This document shows positions 1-10,656 of a stretch of 64,000 bases of DNA, one piece after another. Source of the DNA: Lachnospiraceae bacterium (GTDB lineage: Bacteria; Bacillota; Clostridia; Lachnospirales; Lachnospiraceae). Position 1 is the first letter of the stretch; each line of letters opens with the position of its first letter. A model generated the notes under the pieces. That model did not search any database. It saw only the letters and a program-made list of their open reading frames with translations, and was not told the DNA's origin. The position numbers were made by a program, and so were the translations under genes. The stretch is taken from NCBI GenBank assembly GCA_017551165.1, contig JAFZMO010000049.1, forward strand, positions 8,675 through 72,674. The letters are read 5' to 3'.

Positions 1-948
1 CTGCGGCGCGTCCGGCTGCACTATGTTCTCCGACTGCTGCGTGTTCTCCGGCGGTGTCTCTCCCTGTGTCAACTCCGCAGCGGGCTCGGAAGTCTCCTCC
101 TTGCGGCCGCCGAGCATCTCAATCAAAGCCTCGGCGTCCTCGCGCCTGCGGAAGCCGTTTTCCTTATACAGGAGCGGCGACCGGAAATACTTGGAGCCCT
201 CGACCGCGCGCCACTCGCCGTGGAACGCCTCGTTGTCCAGCGTGAACGCTCCCATAACGCGGTAGAACGGCGTCTTCACGAAGTTGCGGATGTCCTGCTC
301 GCGGCGGACGACCATACCGAGCACGCACGTCATCACGCGACCGACCGAGATCGCGCCGAGGCGGTCCGCATGCATGTGTCCGCGCAGCAGCTGCCCGTAA
401 TTGATCGTGAGCGCACGCGAAAAATTGATGCCCATCAAGTAGTCTTCCTTCGCGCGCAGATATGCGGCGTCGGACAGATTGTCATATGCGGACAAAGGCT
501 TTGCCTCGCGGATGCCTCGAAGGATCTCCTCCTCGGTCTGCGAGTCGATCCAAACGCGCCTGCGGTCCTTGTCCGCAGGCACCTTCGCCATCTGATCGAC
601 AAGTCGGTAAATGTATTCTCCCTCGCGCCCCGAGTCGGTGCACACATAGATGCGCTCGACATCGCTGCGGTTCAACAATCCCTTGACGATGTCAAACTGC
701 TTCTTCACATTGCCGATGACCTCGTATTTCCAATCCTTCGGCAGGAACGGCAACGTCTCCGACTTCCACGATTTGAGCGCCGGGTCATAGGCCTCCGGAT
801 AACTCATCGTGACAAGGTGACCGACGCACCATGTCACGACGCTTCCGTCACTCTCCAGATACCCGTCCTTCCTCGAAAAATCCTCGTGCAGCGCCTTCGC
901 GAACTCCTGCGCGACACTCGGCTTTTCGGCTATGTACAACTGCTTCAT
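1..948 (-). CDS. topB: DNA topoisomerase III (type IA), N-terminal 316 aa; ORF runs off the left edge
   Basis: Own translation of the minus strand from ATG 948-946 gives MKQLYIAEKPSVAQEFAKAL..SVVTWCVGHLVTM..RIYVCTDSGREGEYIYRLV..YLRAKEDYLMGINFSRA. It stays open in frame to position 1. It is absent from the ORF track because it has no stop in the window. The plus-strand ORF 220..1131 is its antisense artefact. Confidence 0.8.
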   Translation of the reverse strand, partial: MKQLYIAEKPSVAQEFAKALHEDFSRKDGYLESDGSVVTWCVGHLVTMSYPEAYDPALKSWKSETLPFLPKDWKYEVIGNVKKQFDIVKGLLNRSDVERIYVCTDSGREGEYIYRLVDQMAKVPADKDRRRVWIDSQTEEEILRGIREAKPLSAYDNLSDAAYLRAKEDYLMGINFSRALTINYGQLLRGHMHADRLGAISVGRVMTCVLGMVVRREQDIRNFVKTPFYRVMGAFTLDNEAFHGEWRAVEGSKYFRSPLLYKENGFRRREDAEALIEMLGGRKEETSEPAAELTQGETPPENTQQSENIVQPDAPQ

Positions 949-1002
949 AAACAAATGATCCTTTCCCTCTCCCCGAGTGTCATCATTGTACCACGTTGCA
1001 TA

Positions 1003-1057
1003 CAAAAAAAGCAACAATTGAAAGGACTCTCCCTGATTTACGGGAGAGCCCCTTTCT
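1003..1057 (-). terminator. Probable glyA terminator hairpin
   Basis: GAAAGG-a-CTCTCCC / GGGAGAG-cc-CCTTTC hairpin at 1020-1056. On the minus strand a T7 run follows at 1003-1010, but about 10 nt after the stem, so it is not canonical. Confidence 0.5.
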
Positions 1058-1082
1058 ATGTTAGCTATTACAAATTGATTAT

Positions 1083-2330
1083 TTATTCGTATAGCGGATA
1101 CTTGTCGGTGAGCGTCTTCACGATCGCGTAAGCCTGCTCCTTCTTTGCCTCATCGCCCGGGTTCTTGACAACCAGAGCGATCGCCTCCGCGATCTTGTCC
1201 ATGTCGGACTCGTTCATGCCGCGGGACGTAACCGCTGCGGTTCCCAAGCGGATACCGCTCGTTACGAACGGCGATGCCGGATCGTTCGGGATCGTGTTCT
1301 TGTTGCAGGTGATGTGAACCTCATCGAGGAGCTTCTCCGCATCCTTGCCGGTGATGTTCATGTTCTGAAGATCGACAAGCATCAGATGGTTGTCCGTACC
1401 GTCGGACACGATCTTGAAGCCACGGCTCTGCAGACCCTTGCAGAGTGCCTGTGCGTTCTTGATGATGTTCGCCGCATACTCCTTGAAGGAAGGCTCCAAT
1501 GCCTCCTTGAAGCAAACTGCCTTCGCAGCGATCACATGCATCAGAGGGCCGCCCTGGATCCCCGGGAACACTGCCTTGTTGAACTTGTGCTCGTCGGCAA
1601 ACGCCTGCGAGGAAAGGATCATGCCGCCTCGCGGTCCGCGCAGCGTCTTGTGCGTTGTCGTCGTGACAACGTGTGCGTACGGGATCGGGCTCTCATGATA
1701 ACCGCCGGCAACCAGACCCGCGATGTGCGCCATGTCTACCATCAGGTATGCGCCGACCATGTCCGCGATCTCGCGGAAGCGCTTGAAGTCAATCTTGCGT
1801 GCGTATGCGCTTGCACCGGCGATGATCAGCTTCGGCTGACACTCCTTCGCGATGCGCTCAACCTCGTCGTAATCGATAAAACCATCGTCGTTCACACCGT
1901 AAGGCACAATGTTGAAATATGTACCCGAGAAGTTCACCGGGCTTCCGTGCGTCAGGTGACCGCCGTGTGCAAGGTTCATACCCATCACGGTGTCGCCGGG
2001 CTTGAGGAGTGCGAACTGCACTGCCATGTTGGCCTGTGCTCCGGAGTGCGGCTGTACGTTGACATACTCGCAGCCGAACAGCTTCTTCGCGCGCTCGATC
2101 GCCAGATTCTCCGCAATGTCGACACACTGGCAGCCGCCGTAGTAGCGCTTTCCGGGATAGCCCTCCGCGTACTTGTTGGTCAGCACGCTTCCCATCGCCG
2201 CCATAACGGCCTTGCTCACAAGGTTCTCGGATGCGATCAACTCAATGTTCTCACGCTGTCTGCCGAGCTCAAGCTCAATGCTCTGCGCAAGTTCCGGATC
2301 AACCGCTTTCACTTCGTCGAATGAATACAT
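1083..2330 (-). CDS. glyA: Serine hydroxymethyltransferase
   Basis: 415 aa with [37 protein letters not shown] and [14 protein letters not shown] (PLP-Lys motif). Confidence 0.97.
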   Translation of the reverse strand: MYSFDEVKAVDPELAQSIELELGRQRENIELIASENLVSKAVMAAMGSVLTNKYAEGYPGKRYYGGCQCVDIAENLAIERAKKLFGCEYVNVQPHSGAQANMAVQFALLKPGDTVMGMNLAHGGHLTHGSPVNFSGTYFNIVPYGVNDDGFIDYDEVERIAKECQPKLIIAGASAYARKIDFKRFREIADMVGAYLMVDMAHIAGLVAGGYHESPIPYAHVVTTTTHKTLRGPRGGMILSSQAFADEHKFNKAVFPGIQGGPLMHVIAAKAVCFKEALEPSFKEYAANIIKNAQALCKGLQSRGFKIVSDGTDNHLMLVDLQNMNITGKDAEKLLDEVHITCNKNTIPNDPASPFVTSGIRLGTAAVTSRGMNESDMDKIAEAIALVVKNPGDEAKKEQAYAIVKTLTDKYPLYE

Positions 2331-2412
2331 AGATGATTTCCTTTCTTGGGGGTTATATTACAGGCTTTCGCCTATCAGGCATTTCCTCTCACGACGCACT
2401 TTGTTGTCCGGC

Positions 2413-3297
2413 TCACTTGCCGAACCCCGGTCTCGCACCGCCGAACACCATCGCGCACATTCCGTTGCCGACATGGGCGCCGATGATCGGTCCGATCTTA
2501 TATACGAGCACCTCCGCTCCCGGATACTCCGCGTTCACCATCGACCGTAACATCTCCGCCTTCTCCGGGCAGTCCGCATGTGCGATCAGGATCGTCTGCG
2601 AATTCGCATCCGCAGCATCCTCACGAAGCCGTCTCATCAGGTACGCAAGAGCATTCTTCGTGCCTCGCTCCTTGGATACGACCGTGAGCTTGCCCTCCGG
2701 ATCGATCGTCAAAACCGGCTGGATCTTGAGCGCGCTGCCGACGATCGCCTCGAACGAATTCAGTCGTCCGCCGCGCTTTAAGTGCATCAGATTGTCCACC
2801 GTGAACCACTGGCAGCAATGTGCGATATCGTCCTGAACCTTGTCCGCGAGCTCCTCAAGCGTTGCGCCTGCGCGCTTTGCTCTTGCAGCCTGCAGGATGA
2901 CGCTGCCCTCGCCCACGGAGGCGCACAGCGTATCGATCACGCGGATGGTCCGCTCGGGATACTGCTCCTCAAGCTCTCTCGCAACCATGAATGCGGTCGA
3001 GGTCGAGCCGCTTAAGCCCGACGAGAACGAGAGGCACAATACGTCCTTGCCCGCCTTGAGGGATTTCTCGAAATACTCCCGATAGACGAGCGGGTTGATC
3101 TGCGCCGTCTTCGGCATCTCTCCGTTTTCCAGTCTCTCGTAAAATGTCTTGATCGACATCTCACGCTCGTCCGGGTAATGCATATACTCAGAGTCGCCGA
3201 ACAGAAAACCCATGGGAATGCAGACCACTCCCAGGTCCTCGTACGTACGGTCGTCAAGGTCACAGGTGACGTCCGTGATCAATGTGTAATTATCCAT
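2413..3297 (-). CDS. DegV family fatty-acid-binding protein
   Basis: 294 aa. ITDVTCDL N-terminus, SSGLSGSTSTA motif, and typical DegV length and layout. Confidence 0.9.
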   Translation of the reverse strand: MDNYTLITDVTCDLDDRTYEDLGVVCIPMGFLFGDSEYMHYPDEREMSIKTFYERLENGEMPKTAQINPLVYREYFEKSLKAGKDVLCLSFSSGLSGSTSTAFMVARELEEQYPERTIRVIDTLCASVGEGSVILQAARAKRAGATLEELADKVQDDIAHCCQWFTVDNLMHLKRGGRLNSFEAIVGSALKIQPVLTIDPEGKLTVVSKERGTKNALAYLMRRLREDAADANSQTILIAHADCPEKAEMLRSMVNAEYPGAEVLVYKIGPIIGAHVGNGMCAMVFGGARPGFGK

Positions 3298-3458
3298 GTT
3301 TTCTCCACAACAATTCCTTCATATTCTCCACAACACCATCCCCGATACCGCAGAAAAAACGCTATATCGTGTCAGGACGTACGAATCATACCACAAACCG
3401 TTGAAAAAGAAAACAGGAACTTGCAAGTTTATAAAAATGTAATCTCTGCGTCCCGTCC

Positions 3459-3956
3459 TTACAGTACGCTCGCGAGAACGCCGTAGCTCACGATGTCCAT
3501 GATGATCGCAGCCATCAGCACACCGAGAAGGATCGCAAGGATCGCACGCTTCAAGTTAAACTCGAGAAGCGAAGCGATCAAAGAGCCCATCCATGCACCG
3601 GTCCCTGGGATCGGGATCCCGACGAACAGAAGCAGGAATATAAACTCTCCCTTCTCGACGCCGGCCGACTTCTTCTCCGCGCGTGCCTCAAGCTTCTCCA
3701 CAAGCTTCTTCAGTATGTTGTGTTTCTTCATAAACGCGAAGATCGCCTTGATGAAGAGAAGAATAAACGGGATCGGTATCAGGTTGCCGAAGATACAGAT
3801 CAAATTGGCTTTGAGCAACGGGATCTTGAGCAGCGAAGCTACGACCAGACCTCCGCGGAGCTCGATGAACGGAAGCATCGATACGAAAAATACGAACAGC
3901 TCCTTCGGGAGCCAGCTGCCCAGACTTCCGTTATACCAATCTACAAGACTTTGCAT
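3459..3956 (-). CDS. Small multidrug-export-like membrane protein (COG2426-type)
   Basis: 165 aa and 4-5 predicted TM helices. FIELRGG..GIPIPGTGAWMGSLIA pattern, with GGGGGAG RBS upstream. Confidence 0.7.
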   Translation of the reverse strand: MQSLVDWYNGSLGSWLPKELFVFFVSMLPFIELRGGLVVASLLKIPLLKANLICIFGNLIPIPFILLFIKAIFAFMKKHNILKKLVEKLEARAEKKSAGVEKGEFIFLLLFVGIPIPGTGAWMGSLIASLLEFNLKRAILAILLGVLMAAIIMDIVSYGVLASVL

Positions 3957-3977
3957 GTCTCCCCCTTCCGAACCTTA

Positions 3978-5465
3978 TCACAGTCCAAGGATCTTGCTTA
4001 CTTCCGCCTTCATGTCCGCCGTCTCGCAGACGGTGTCATGGCGAACCGGCGCCGTGCGCAGCTCGGTGATGGCCGGAGGCTGTGCCACGTTGGCGATGGC
4101 CGAAAGGCGATCGATCAGCGCAAAATCCTCTTCCTCCGACTTCTGTCCCTCGATCGCAGCCATTACGCTGCGGGCGAACTTGAACGGGCTTGCGGTCGAT
4201 GCGATGACCGTGCGCGTGTTGTCGCACGCCTCCGCCGCATAGCCGTGATACACATAGCTTGCAACCGCCGTGTGCGGATCGATCACGTAACCGGTGCGCT
4301 CGTAGAGCGTGCGGATCGCACTTGCGGTGTTCTCCTCAGTCGCATATCCCGATGCGAAGTCCGCGAGCGCTTCCTTCATCTCGGGCGTGATGTCATAGAC
4401 GCCGCCGTTTGCGAGCTTGCTCATCATCTCTCTCGTAACGTCGCAGTCGTCTCCGGCGATATGATAGATCAGTCTCTCGAGGTTCGAGGAGATCAGGATG
4501 TCCATCGAAGGCGAGCTGGTCAGCACGAACTCACGGTTTCTGTCGTACCGTCCGGTCTCGAAGAAATCGAACAGCACCTTGTTCGTGTTGGACGCGCAGA
4601 TCAGCTTGTCGATCGGCACGCCGATCTTCTTCGCATAGTATGCTGCGAGGATGTTGCCGAAGTTGCCGGTCGGCACCGTAACGTGGATCTTCTCTCCGTC
4701 CCGGACATGTCCCTCGGCGAGAAGCTTGCAATATGCGTAGGTATAGTAGACGATCTGCGGCACCAGTCGACCGATGTTGATCGAGTTGGCGGACGAAAAA
4801 CGGAAGCCGTTCTTCGCGAGCTCCTCCTTGAGCTCCGCGTCGTTAAACATCTTCTTTACTCCGGTCTGCGCATCGTCGAAGTTGCCGGTGATGCCGATAA
4901 CGGAGGTATTTGCCCCTTTTTGCGTCACCATCTGGCGCTCCTGGATCGCGCTCACGCCGTGCTTAGGGTAGAACACGATGATCCTCGTCCCCGGAACATC
5001 GGCAAATCCTGCAAGCGCCGCCTTGCCGGTGTCTCCGGACGTCGCCGTCAGAATGACGATCTCATCCTTGATCCCGTTCTTCTTCGCAGCCGTCGTCATC
5101 AGGTGCGGCAGGATGCTCAGAGCCATGTCCTTGAACGCGATCGTCGCGCCGTGGAACAGCTCGAGGTAGTAGGCGCCGTCCGCCTGAACCAGCGGTGCGA
5201 TCACTTCGGTGTCAAACTTCTCGTCGTATGCCGCATCGATACAATGGCGCAACTCGTCCTCGGTGTAGTCGGTGAGGAACAGCGACAACACTTCAAACGC
5301 GGTTTCCTTGTACGTCATGTCCGCCATCTCACGCATCGTGTGCGCAAGCTTCGGCAGCTTGACCGGCACATACAATCCGCCGTCGGGTGCAAGTCCCTGC
5401 AGGATCGCCTGCGACGCGGTAACTTCCCCTGCGGCTCCTCTCGTGCTCCTGTAAAGCATCTCCAT
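3978..5465 (-). CDS. thrC: Threonine synthase
   Basis: MEMLYRSTRG..ILQGLAPDGGLYVP..FHGATIAFKDMALS (PLP-Lys). Track ORF start 5594 was trimmed to ATG 5465, which follows a GGGGAGG RBS. Confidence 0.93.
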   Translation of the reverse strand: MEMLYRSTRGAAGEVTASQAILQGLAPDGGLYVPVKLPKLAHTMREMADMTYKETAFEVLSLFLTDYTEDELRHCIDAAYDEKFDTEVIAPLVQADGAYYLELFHGATIAFKDMALSILPHLMTTAAKKNGIKDEIVILTATSGDTGKAALAGFADVPGTRIIVFYPKHGVSAIQERQMVTQKGANTSVIGITGNFDDAQTGVKKMFNDAELKEELAKNGFRFSSANSINIGRLVPQIVYYTYAYCKLLAEGHVRDGEKIHVTVPTGNFGNILAAYYAKKIGVPIDKLICASNTNKVLFDFFETGRYDRNREFVLTSSPSMDILISSNLERLIYHIAGDDCDVTREMMSKLANGGVYDITPEMKEALADFASGYATEENTASAIRTLYERTGYVIDPHTAVASYVYHGYAAEACDNTRTVIASTASPFKFARSVMAAIEGQKSEEEDFALIDRLSAIANVAQPPAITELRTAPVRHDTVCETADMKAEVSKILGL

Positions 5466-5591
5466 TCGACACCTCCCCGCGACCGTTTTTCTTCCCGGTC
5501 GCACAATCTCTGACAGTATATCATAATCCCAACGGCGATACAATCGGATTTTTCGCCAAATCGCGAGGGGTTTCCGTGCGAGGTTTTGACA

Positions 5592-5625
5592 CATAAGAAA
5601 GCCGGCGGGGAGTCCCCCGCCGGCT
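5592..5625 (-). terminator. Rho-independent terminator after the thioesterase gene
   Basis: Perfect 11-bp stem AGCCGGCGGGG/CCCCGCCGGCT (5600-5625) with a 4-nt loop, followed on the minus strand by TTCTTAT. Confidence 0.8.
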
Positions 5626-5660
5626 GATTGGTTCTTACGGATCTGTTTTCCTTCGGAAAA

Positions 5661-6059
5661 TCAAAGCTTGAACCCGGTTCCGACAAACTGCGCGATGTCG
5701 CGTCCGGTATCGTCCGTCACATCGACATTTATGATCGTCGTGCTCCTTCCGGTCTTGCGGCAGACGGCCTTCGCCGAGAGCTTCGTCCCCTTCGGCGCAC
5801 CGAGGTAGTTGATGCTCACCTGCTGCGCCACGGTCGGCCGGTGGATCTGGTTTGCGCAGACCGCAAATGCAAAGTCCGCCAGCGTGAACATCACGCCTCC
5901 CATGATGCCGCCGTTCGCGTTTTGATGCCGCTCCGATAGCGTCATGTCGCAGATCGCATAGCCGTCACCGAGCTCGCGCAATTCCATGCCGTTCTCGGTG
6001 GCAAACCGGTCTCCCTTGAAGTATTCTCTCGCCTCTTCCGTTGATGCAAATGTTCCCAT
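5661..6059 (-). CDS. PaaI-family hotdog-fold thioesterase
   Basis: 132 aa. HQNANGGIMGGVMFTLADFAF is typical of PaaI/YbdB thioesterases. Confidence 0.85.
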   Translation of the reverse strand: MGTFASTEEAREYFKGDRFATENGMELRELGDGYAICDMTLSERHQNANGGIMGGVMFTLADFAFAVCANQIHRPTVAQQVSINYLGAPKGTKLSAKAVCRKTGRSTTIINVDVTDDTGRDIAQFVGTGFKL

Positions 6060-6105
6060 GGTTTGATTCCTGTTTCCCGTATATTTCTGTTTTTTTGCGC
6101 GAAGA

Positions 6106-7218
6106 TCAGATCAGCGTCATCAGATCTACATACTCACGGCCGAGGCTCGTCGCAACATTCTTGTTGACGATCTTACCATCGTACACGTTCGCGCCGTTTG
6201 CAAGGCCCGCGTTCTTCTTCATCGCAGCCTCAAAGCCGAGGTCGGCGATCATTTTCCCGTAACGGAACGTCGCGTTGGCAAGCGCCACCGTCGAGGTGTA
6301 CGGAACCGCGCCGGGCATGTTGCCGACACAGTAGTGTACGATGCCCTCCTCGATAAATACCGGATCGTCGTGCGTCGTCACGTGTGAGGTCTCGCAGCAT
6401 CCGCCCTGGTCGATCGCGATATCGACGATGACCGCGCCCTTCTTCATCAGCTTGAGGTGCTCTCTGCGCACAAGCTTCGGCGTTGTTCCGCCGGGGATCA
6501 GCACGGAGCCGATCACGAGATCCGCATCCTTCAGGCACTTGCGGATGTTGCCCTCGGTGCTCATCAGCGTAGTGATCGAGGAACCGAAGATATCTGAGAG
6601 ATACGACAGACGGTTTAAGTTGACATCCAAAAGCGTTACGTTCGCACCGACGCCGACTGCAGCCTTCGCCGCATACGTACCCGCGATACCGCCGCCGATG
6701 ATAACGACATTACCGGGAGCCACGCCCGGAACGCCGCTCAGCAGAAGGCCTCTTCCGCCGAACTTCTTCTCGAGGTATTTTGCACCTTCCTGAATACTCA
6801 GTCGACCTGCGATCTGGCTCATCGGGCGAAGGCACGGCAGGTTGCCGGCTTCATCCGTGATAGTCTCAAACGCGACCGCCTTCACCTTGCGCTCCACAAG
6901 CGCGTCCGTGAGCGACGGGTTCGGCGCCAAATGCAGATATGTGTAGAGGATCTGACCCTCGCGCATGCGATCGTACTCGCACTCCTCGGGCTCCTTCACC
7001 TTGACGATCATGTCCGCCTGTGCCCAGACATCGAGCGCGCTGCCGTAGATCTTCGCACCCGCTTCCTCGTACTCGGCATCCGGGAATCCGGCCCCCTCAC
7101 CGGCTCCCTGCTCCACCAACACGGTGTGACCCGCATTGACGAACGCCGCCACATTGTCCGGCGTCAGACCGACGCGGAATTCCTGGTTCTTCAGTTCTCT
7201 CGTTGTTCCGATGATCAT
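6106..7218 (-). CDS. ald: Alanine dehydrogenase
   Basis: 370 aa. [21 protein letters not shown]-terminus and the NAD fold [17 protein letters not shown]. Confidence 0.95.
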   Translation of the reverse strand: MIIGTTRELKNQEFRVGLTPDNVAAFVNAGHTVLVEQGAGEGAGFPDAEYEEAGAKIYGSALDVWAQADMIVKVKEPEECEYDRMREGQILYTYLHLAPNPSLTDALVERKVKAVAFETITDEAGNLPCLRPMSQIAGRLSIQEGAKYLEKKFGGRGLLLSGVPGVAPGNVVIIGGGIAGTYAAKAAVGVGANVTLLDVNLNRLSYLSDIFGSSITTLMSTEGNIRKCLKDADLVIGSVLIPGGTTPKLVRREHLKLMKKGAVIVDIAIDQGGCCETSHVTTHDDPVFIEEGIVHYCVGNMPGAVPYTSTVALANATFRYGKMIADLGFEAAMKKNAGLANGANVYDGKIVNKNVATSLGREYVDLMTLI

Positions 7219-7330
7219 TTTGTTCCTTCTCCTTTGGTTTGTTTCTCGGAAAATGAATTCCCGATGTCCTTCAGTCTACCATAAATTGCAGAATACCGCC
7301 ACCCCTTTTTGCTTTCTGCGTGAATCCGTG

Positions 7331-7376
7331 AAAACGAAAAAGGGAAATGCCGGTTGCCTTCGCAATCGCATTTCCC
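7331..7376 (-). terminator. Rho-independent terminator ending the nagB-glmM-kinase operon
   Basis: GGGAAATGC (7342-7350) pairs with GCATTTCCC (7368-7376) and has an inner extension. On the minus strand TTTTTCGTTTT follows. It starts right after the stop codon at 7377. Confidence 0.8.
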
Positions 7377-8486
7377 CTATCGCTGTTTGTCATCATTTTC
7401 CGAAGATGCGATCTCATCAATGATCGCCCGCAGATTCTGCATGTTCTTCCGGATATCATAGGCAAAACACAGGTTCAGTCTCGCCTTCCGAAGGTTCTGC
7501 AGCGGCTCCGCGATCGTAAAGTACCGATCTCCCGCGAGATAGTCCGCCAGATACCGCGCCGCAAGCTCCGCCGTAACCGCCAGCGTGCACGGTGCCATCG
7601 CCGCGATCTCCGCGTCCGAGAGCATGCTGCGTGTCTCCGTGAGATACCCCTTCGCAATGTCGCGGAACTTCTCCGTGTCGATCCTTGCGACCGGCTCGTC
7701 CGCGGTGCCCGAGACGATCTTCGCCGTCGACCGCACGGAATCCGCAAAATCGTACGCGATCATTCCCTCCATCACGGTGTCGAAATCGATGACAACCGCG
7801 CCGTACGGAGGCTCTGTCTCGGTGAACAGGACATTGTTGAACTTAGTATCGTTGTGCGTCACGCGCACCGGAAACTCCCCGGCCGCATAGCGCAGGGAGA
7901 TCTCACAGGCCTCCTCCTCGAGCGTCTTCAGTGCGATCAGCTCCGCTCTCACCGACGCCGTCCGTCCGCACACATCCTCCTCCGCCGCTCTCCACAGCCG
8001 GCGAAAGCGCTCGTGCGTGTCGTGAAAGCCCTTCGCGCTGCCCTTCAACCGGTTTGCAGGCAGATCAAACAGCGCCGCGTCGAACTGACCGAACGCGCGC
8101 GCCATCTCGTACAACACGCCCGGAGCGTCCTCGGACACATCCGCCGCATCCAGGTACTCCTCGACGCGCCAGTACTCCGTCGCATGCCCTTGTCTGCGAA
8201 CCTCCAGGAATCGCTCGCCGCTCACGCCGACCGGGTACAGTTTTGCCGTCCGGATGCCCTTCCGGAACAGATGATCCGTCACAACGACCATGTTGCGAAG
8301 CATCGTCCGCGGCTGTCTGACGGCCTCCGGGTTCAGCTTCTGTACCAGGTACTTTATAAGGCGAGCGCCGTCCCGGACGCTCACGCGGTATGTCCGATTG
8401 ACATTCCCGCCGTGGAGCTCTTCCTCCGAGACGACGCTGCCGGCAATTCCGTATCTTCGCAAAATGGTTTCCGTGATACTGCTCAT
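7377..8486 (-). CDS. APH-fold sugar kinase resembling N-acetylhexosamine 1-kinase (NahK-like)
   Basis: 369 aa. VRVTHNDTKFNNVLF..VVIDFDTVMEGMIAYDFADSVR and the C-terminal YLADYLAGDRYF closely parallel the NahK catalytic region as I recall it. Confidence 0.75.
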   Translation of the reverse strand: MSSITETILRRYGIAGSVVSEEELHGGNVNRTYRVSVRDGARLIKYLVQKLNPEAVRQPRTMLRNMVVVTDHLFRKGIRTAKLYPVGVSGERFLEVRRQGHATEYWRVEEYLDAADVSEDAPGVLYEMARAFGQFDAALFDLPANRLKGSAKGFHDTHERFRRLWRAAEEDVCGRTASVRAELIALKTLEEEACEISLRYAAGEFPVRVTHNDTKFNNVLFTETEPPYGAVVIDFDTVMEGMIAYDFADSVRSTAKIVSGTADEPVARIDTEKFRDIAKGYLTETRSMLSDAEIAAMAPCTLAVTAELAARYLADYLAGDRYFTIAEPLQNLRKARLNLCFAYDIRKNMQNLRAIIDEIASSENDDKQR

Positions 8487-8508
8487 AACCCTTCTGCCTT
8501 ACGGTGTA

Positions 8509-9861
8509 TTATTTGATCTTCAACAGGTGTCCGTTCTTCGTCATGGACTCGATGATCGCGTCGACATGCTTCTCGCAGATCTCGTACGTCGGAGCCTCCG
8601 ACATTACGCGGAGAACCGGCTCGGTTCCGCTCGGGCGAAGCAGCACGCGTCCGCTGTCGCCGAGTTCCGCCGTGCAAGCCTCGACCTGAAGCTTGACCGC
8701 CGGATCGTCCATCGTTGCCTTCTTGTCGTCGACAACAACGTTCTTGAGCACCTGAGGGAACATCTCCACTTCCGAAGCGAGTACGGACAGAGGAAGCTGT
8801 GTCTCGATCATGACCATCATGACCATGATCGCCGTCAGGATACCGTCACCGGTGCGTGCGTATTTGCGGAAAATGACATGTCCGGAGTTCTCGCCGCCGA
8901 TCAGGTGATCATTTTCCTTCATGTTCTCGTATACGAAACGGTCGCCGACCGCGGTCTTCTCGTAGCGGATGCCGATGCGGTCAAGCGCCTTGTAGAGACC
9001 GAAGTTCGACATGATCGTCGTAACTACCGTGTTGCTCGGAAGCTGTCCCATCTTCTTGAGATGCTTCGCGCAGATGTACATGATCTGGTCGCCGTTCACG
9101 ACATTGCCGTTCTCATCCACGGCAAGGCAGCGGTCAGCGTCGCCGTCGAATGCAAATCCGACGTCAACCTTCTGCTCCTTGACAAACTCCTGCAGTCCCT
9201 CGATGTGCGTGGAACCGCAGCCGCGGTTGATGTTCGTGCCGTTGGGCTCGTTGTTGATGACAAGCGTCTTTGCGCCGAGTGCGTCGAACACGGAGCGCGC
9301 GATCATCCAGGAGCTGCCGTTGGAGCAGTCCAAAGCGACCTTGCGGTTCTCGAACGACTTCGTGGCAACGTTGGTCAGGTAGCCGATGTAACGGTTGCGG
9401 CCGGTGTAGTAGTCCACCGTGCATCCGATGTTCTCGCCGGTCGCGAACGGGATCTCCTCGATCTCGCCGTCGATGTACTTCTCGATCTCATCCTGAAGCT
9501 CGTCGTCCATCTTCTCGCCGTCGCCGTTCATCAGCTTGATGCCGTTGTCGGTGTACGGGTTGTGGCTCGCGCTGATCATGATACCGCAGTCAAAGCCGTC
9601 GGTTCTCGTGATGTACGATACACAGGGCGTCGTCGTCACGTGAAGCAGGTATGCGTTAGCACCGGATGCGGTGATGCCTGCTGCGAGCGCGTTCTCATAC
9701 ATGTACGAGGAACGTCTCGTGTCCTTGCCGATGACGATGCGCGCAGCACCGTTCTTGCTGTAGTGCCAGCCGAGGTAGCGACCGATCTTGAATGCATGCT
9801 CCGCCGTCAATACGACGCCGGACTCACCGCGAAAACCGTCGGTTCCGAAATACTTTCCCAT
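8509..9861 (-). CDS. glmM: Phosphoglucosamine mutase
   Basis: 450 aa. MGKYFGTDGFRGE, SASHNPYTDNGIK (phospho-Ser loop) and GGENSGH. Confidence 0.95.
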   Translation of the reverse strand: MGKYFGTDGFRGESGVVLTAEHAFKIGRYLGWHYSKNGAARIVIGKDTRRSSYMYENALAAGITASGANAYLLHVTTTPCVSYITRTDGFDCGIMISASHNPYTDNGIKLMNGDGEKMDDELQDEIEKYIDGEIEEIPFATGENIGCTVDYYTGRNRYIGYLTNVATKSFENRKVALDCSNGSSWMIARSVFDALGAKTLVINNEPNGTNINRGCGSTHIEGLQEFVKEQKVDVGFAFDGDADRCLAVDENGNVVNGDQIMYICAKHLKKMGQLPSNTVVTTIMSNFGLYKALDRIGIRYEKTAVGDRFVYENMKENDHLIGGENSGHVIFRKYARTGDGILTAIMVMMVMIETQLPLSVLASEVEMFPQVLKNVVVDDKKATMDDPAVKLQVEACTAELGDSGRVLLRPSGTEPVLRVMSEAPTYEICEKHVDAIIESMTKNGHLLKIK

Positions 9862-9882
9862 GGTTCATCCTCCAAAATATAA

Positions 9883-10605
9883 TTATCCGTTGTAGCAAGC
9901 CTCATCGCATACGAGGATAACATCATCGTGCAGGTTGAGGAAGGAAGCCGGGCAGCTCGTGGTAACCGTGCCCTTGAGCATCTGCATAACTGCGTCGTGC
10001 TTGCCCTTGCCGTTTGCAAGAATGATGATCTTCTTCGCCGAGAGGATTGTTCCCATACCCATCGTAAGCGCGCGGGTAGGAACATCCGCAGCACTTGCGA
10101 AGAAACGAGCGTTGGCGTCGATCGTGTCCTCGGTCAGACCGGTGATGTGCGTAACCGGAACAAGCTCCGCATCGGGCTCGTTGAACGCGATGTGTCCGTT
10201 GCGTCCGATACCGAGCACTTGGATGTCGGCACCGCCGAGCGAGCGAACAAACGCCTCATAGCGCTTTGCCTCAGCCTCGCCGTCAGCGGCGCTGCCCTGA
10301 GGTACATGCGTGTGTGTCTTATCAATGTTAACCTTGTCAAAGAGGTTCTTGTTCATGAAATAGCGATAGCTCTGATCGTTGTCAGGGCTGATCGGATAGT
10401 ACTCGTCAAGGTTTACGGTCGTAACCTGCGAAAAATCGATCTCGCCTGCCTTGTTCATCTCGGCAAGCTTGGCATACATACCCTCCGGCGTGGAACCGGT
10501 TGCAAGCCCGAGCACAGCGTTGGGCTTCTTCTTCATCACATCTGCTACAATCTCAGCAGACTTAGCGGACATCTCAGCATAATCCTTGCAAACGATAACT
10601 TTCAT
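9883..10605 (-). CDS. nagB: Glucosamine-6-phosphate deaminase
   Basis: MKVIVCKDYAEMS..LGLATGSTP..GIGRNGHIAFNEP. Track start 10632 was trimmed to ATG 10605, which follows an AAAAGGAGA RBS. Confidence 0.93.
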   Translation of the reverse strand: MKVIVCKDYAEMSAKSAEIVADVMKKKPNAVLGLATGSTPEGMYAKLAEMNKAGEIDFSQVTTVNLDEYYPISPDNDQSYRYFMNKNLFDKVNIDKTHTHVPQGSAADGEAEAKRYEAFVRSLGGADIQVLGIGRNGHIAFNEPDAELVPVTHITGLTEDTIDANARFFASAADVPTRALTMGMGTILSAKKIIILANGKGKHDAVMQMLKGTVTTSCPASFLNLHDDVILVCDEACYNG

Positions 10606-10656
10606 TCTTGCGTCTCCTTTTAGATTCAGCATTTATGCGCCCTTTGCGCACACCTA

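Noticed and set aside
2331-2412. Possible ZTP or THF riboswitch upstream of glyA
   Set aside because: The gap is only 82 nt and contains a small AGGC-GAAA-GCCT hairpin. It lacks the CCGCCTGGGC-type pseudoknot segment of ZTP and the THF conserved cores.
3720-5513. 597-aa plus-strand ORF opposite thrC. Similar long antisense ORFs occur at 220-1131, 8290-9882, 17681-19363, 20589-22025, 22805-24475, 24193-25701, 50523-52184 and 52508-53911.
   Set aside because: Each fully overlaps a confidently identified gene on the other strand and shows an Arg/His/Leu/Asp-rich, motif-free translation.
5641-5660. Apparent enrichment of CGGAAAAT/ATTTTCCG in intergenic regions (5652, 7247, 14098, 38460, 47297, 56883, 57925) as a shared motif
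   Set aside because: Only the two 20-nt palindromes and one degenerate copy share extended identity. The bare 8-mer is A/T-rich, could simply reflect intergenic composition, and its positions relative to promoters are inconsistent.
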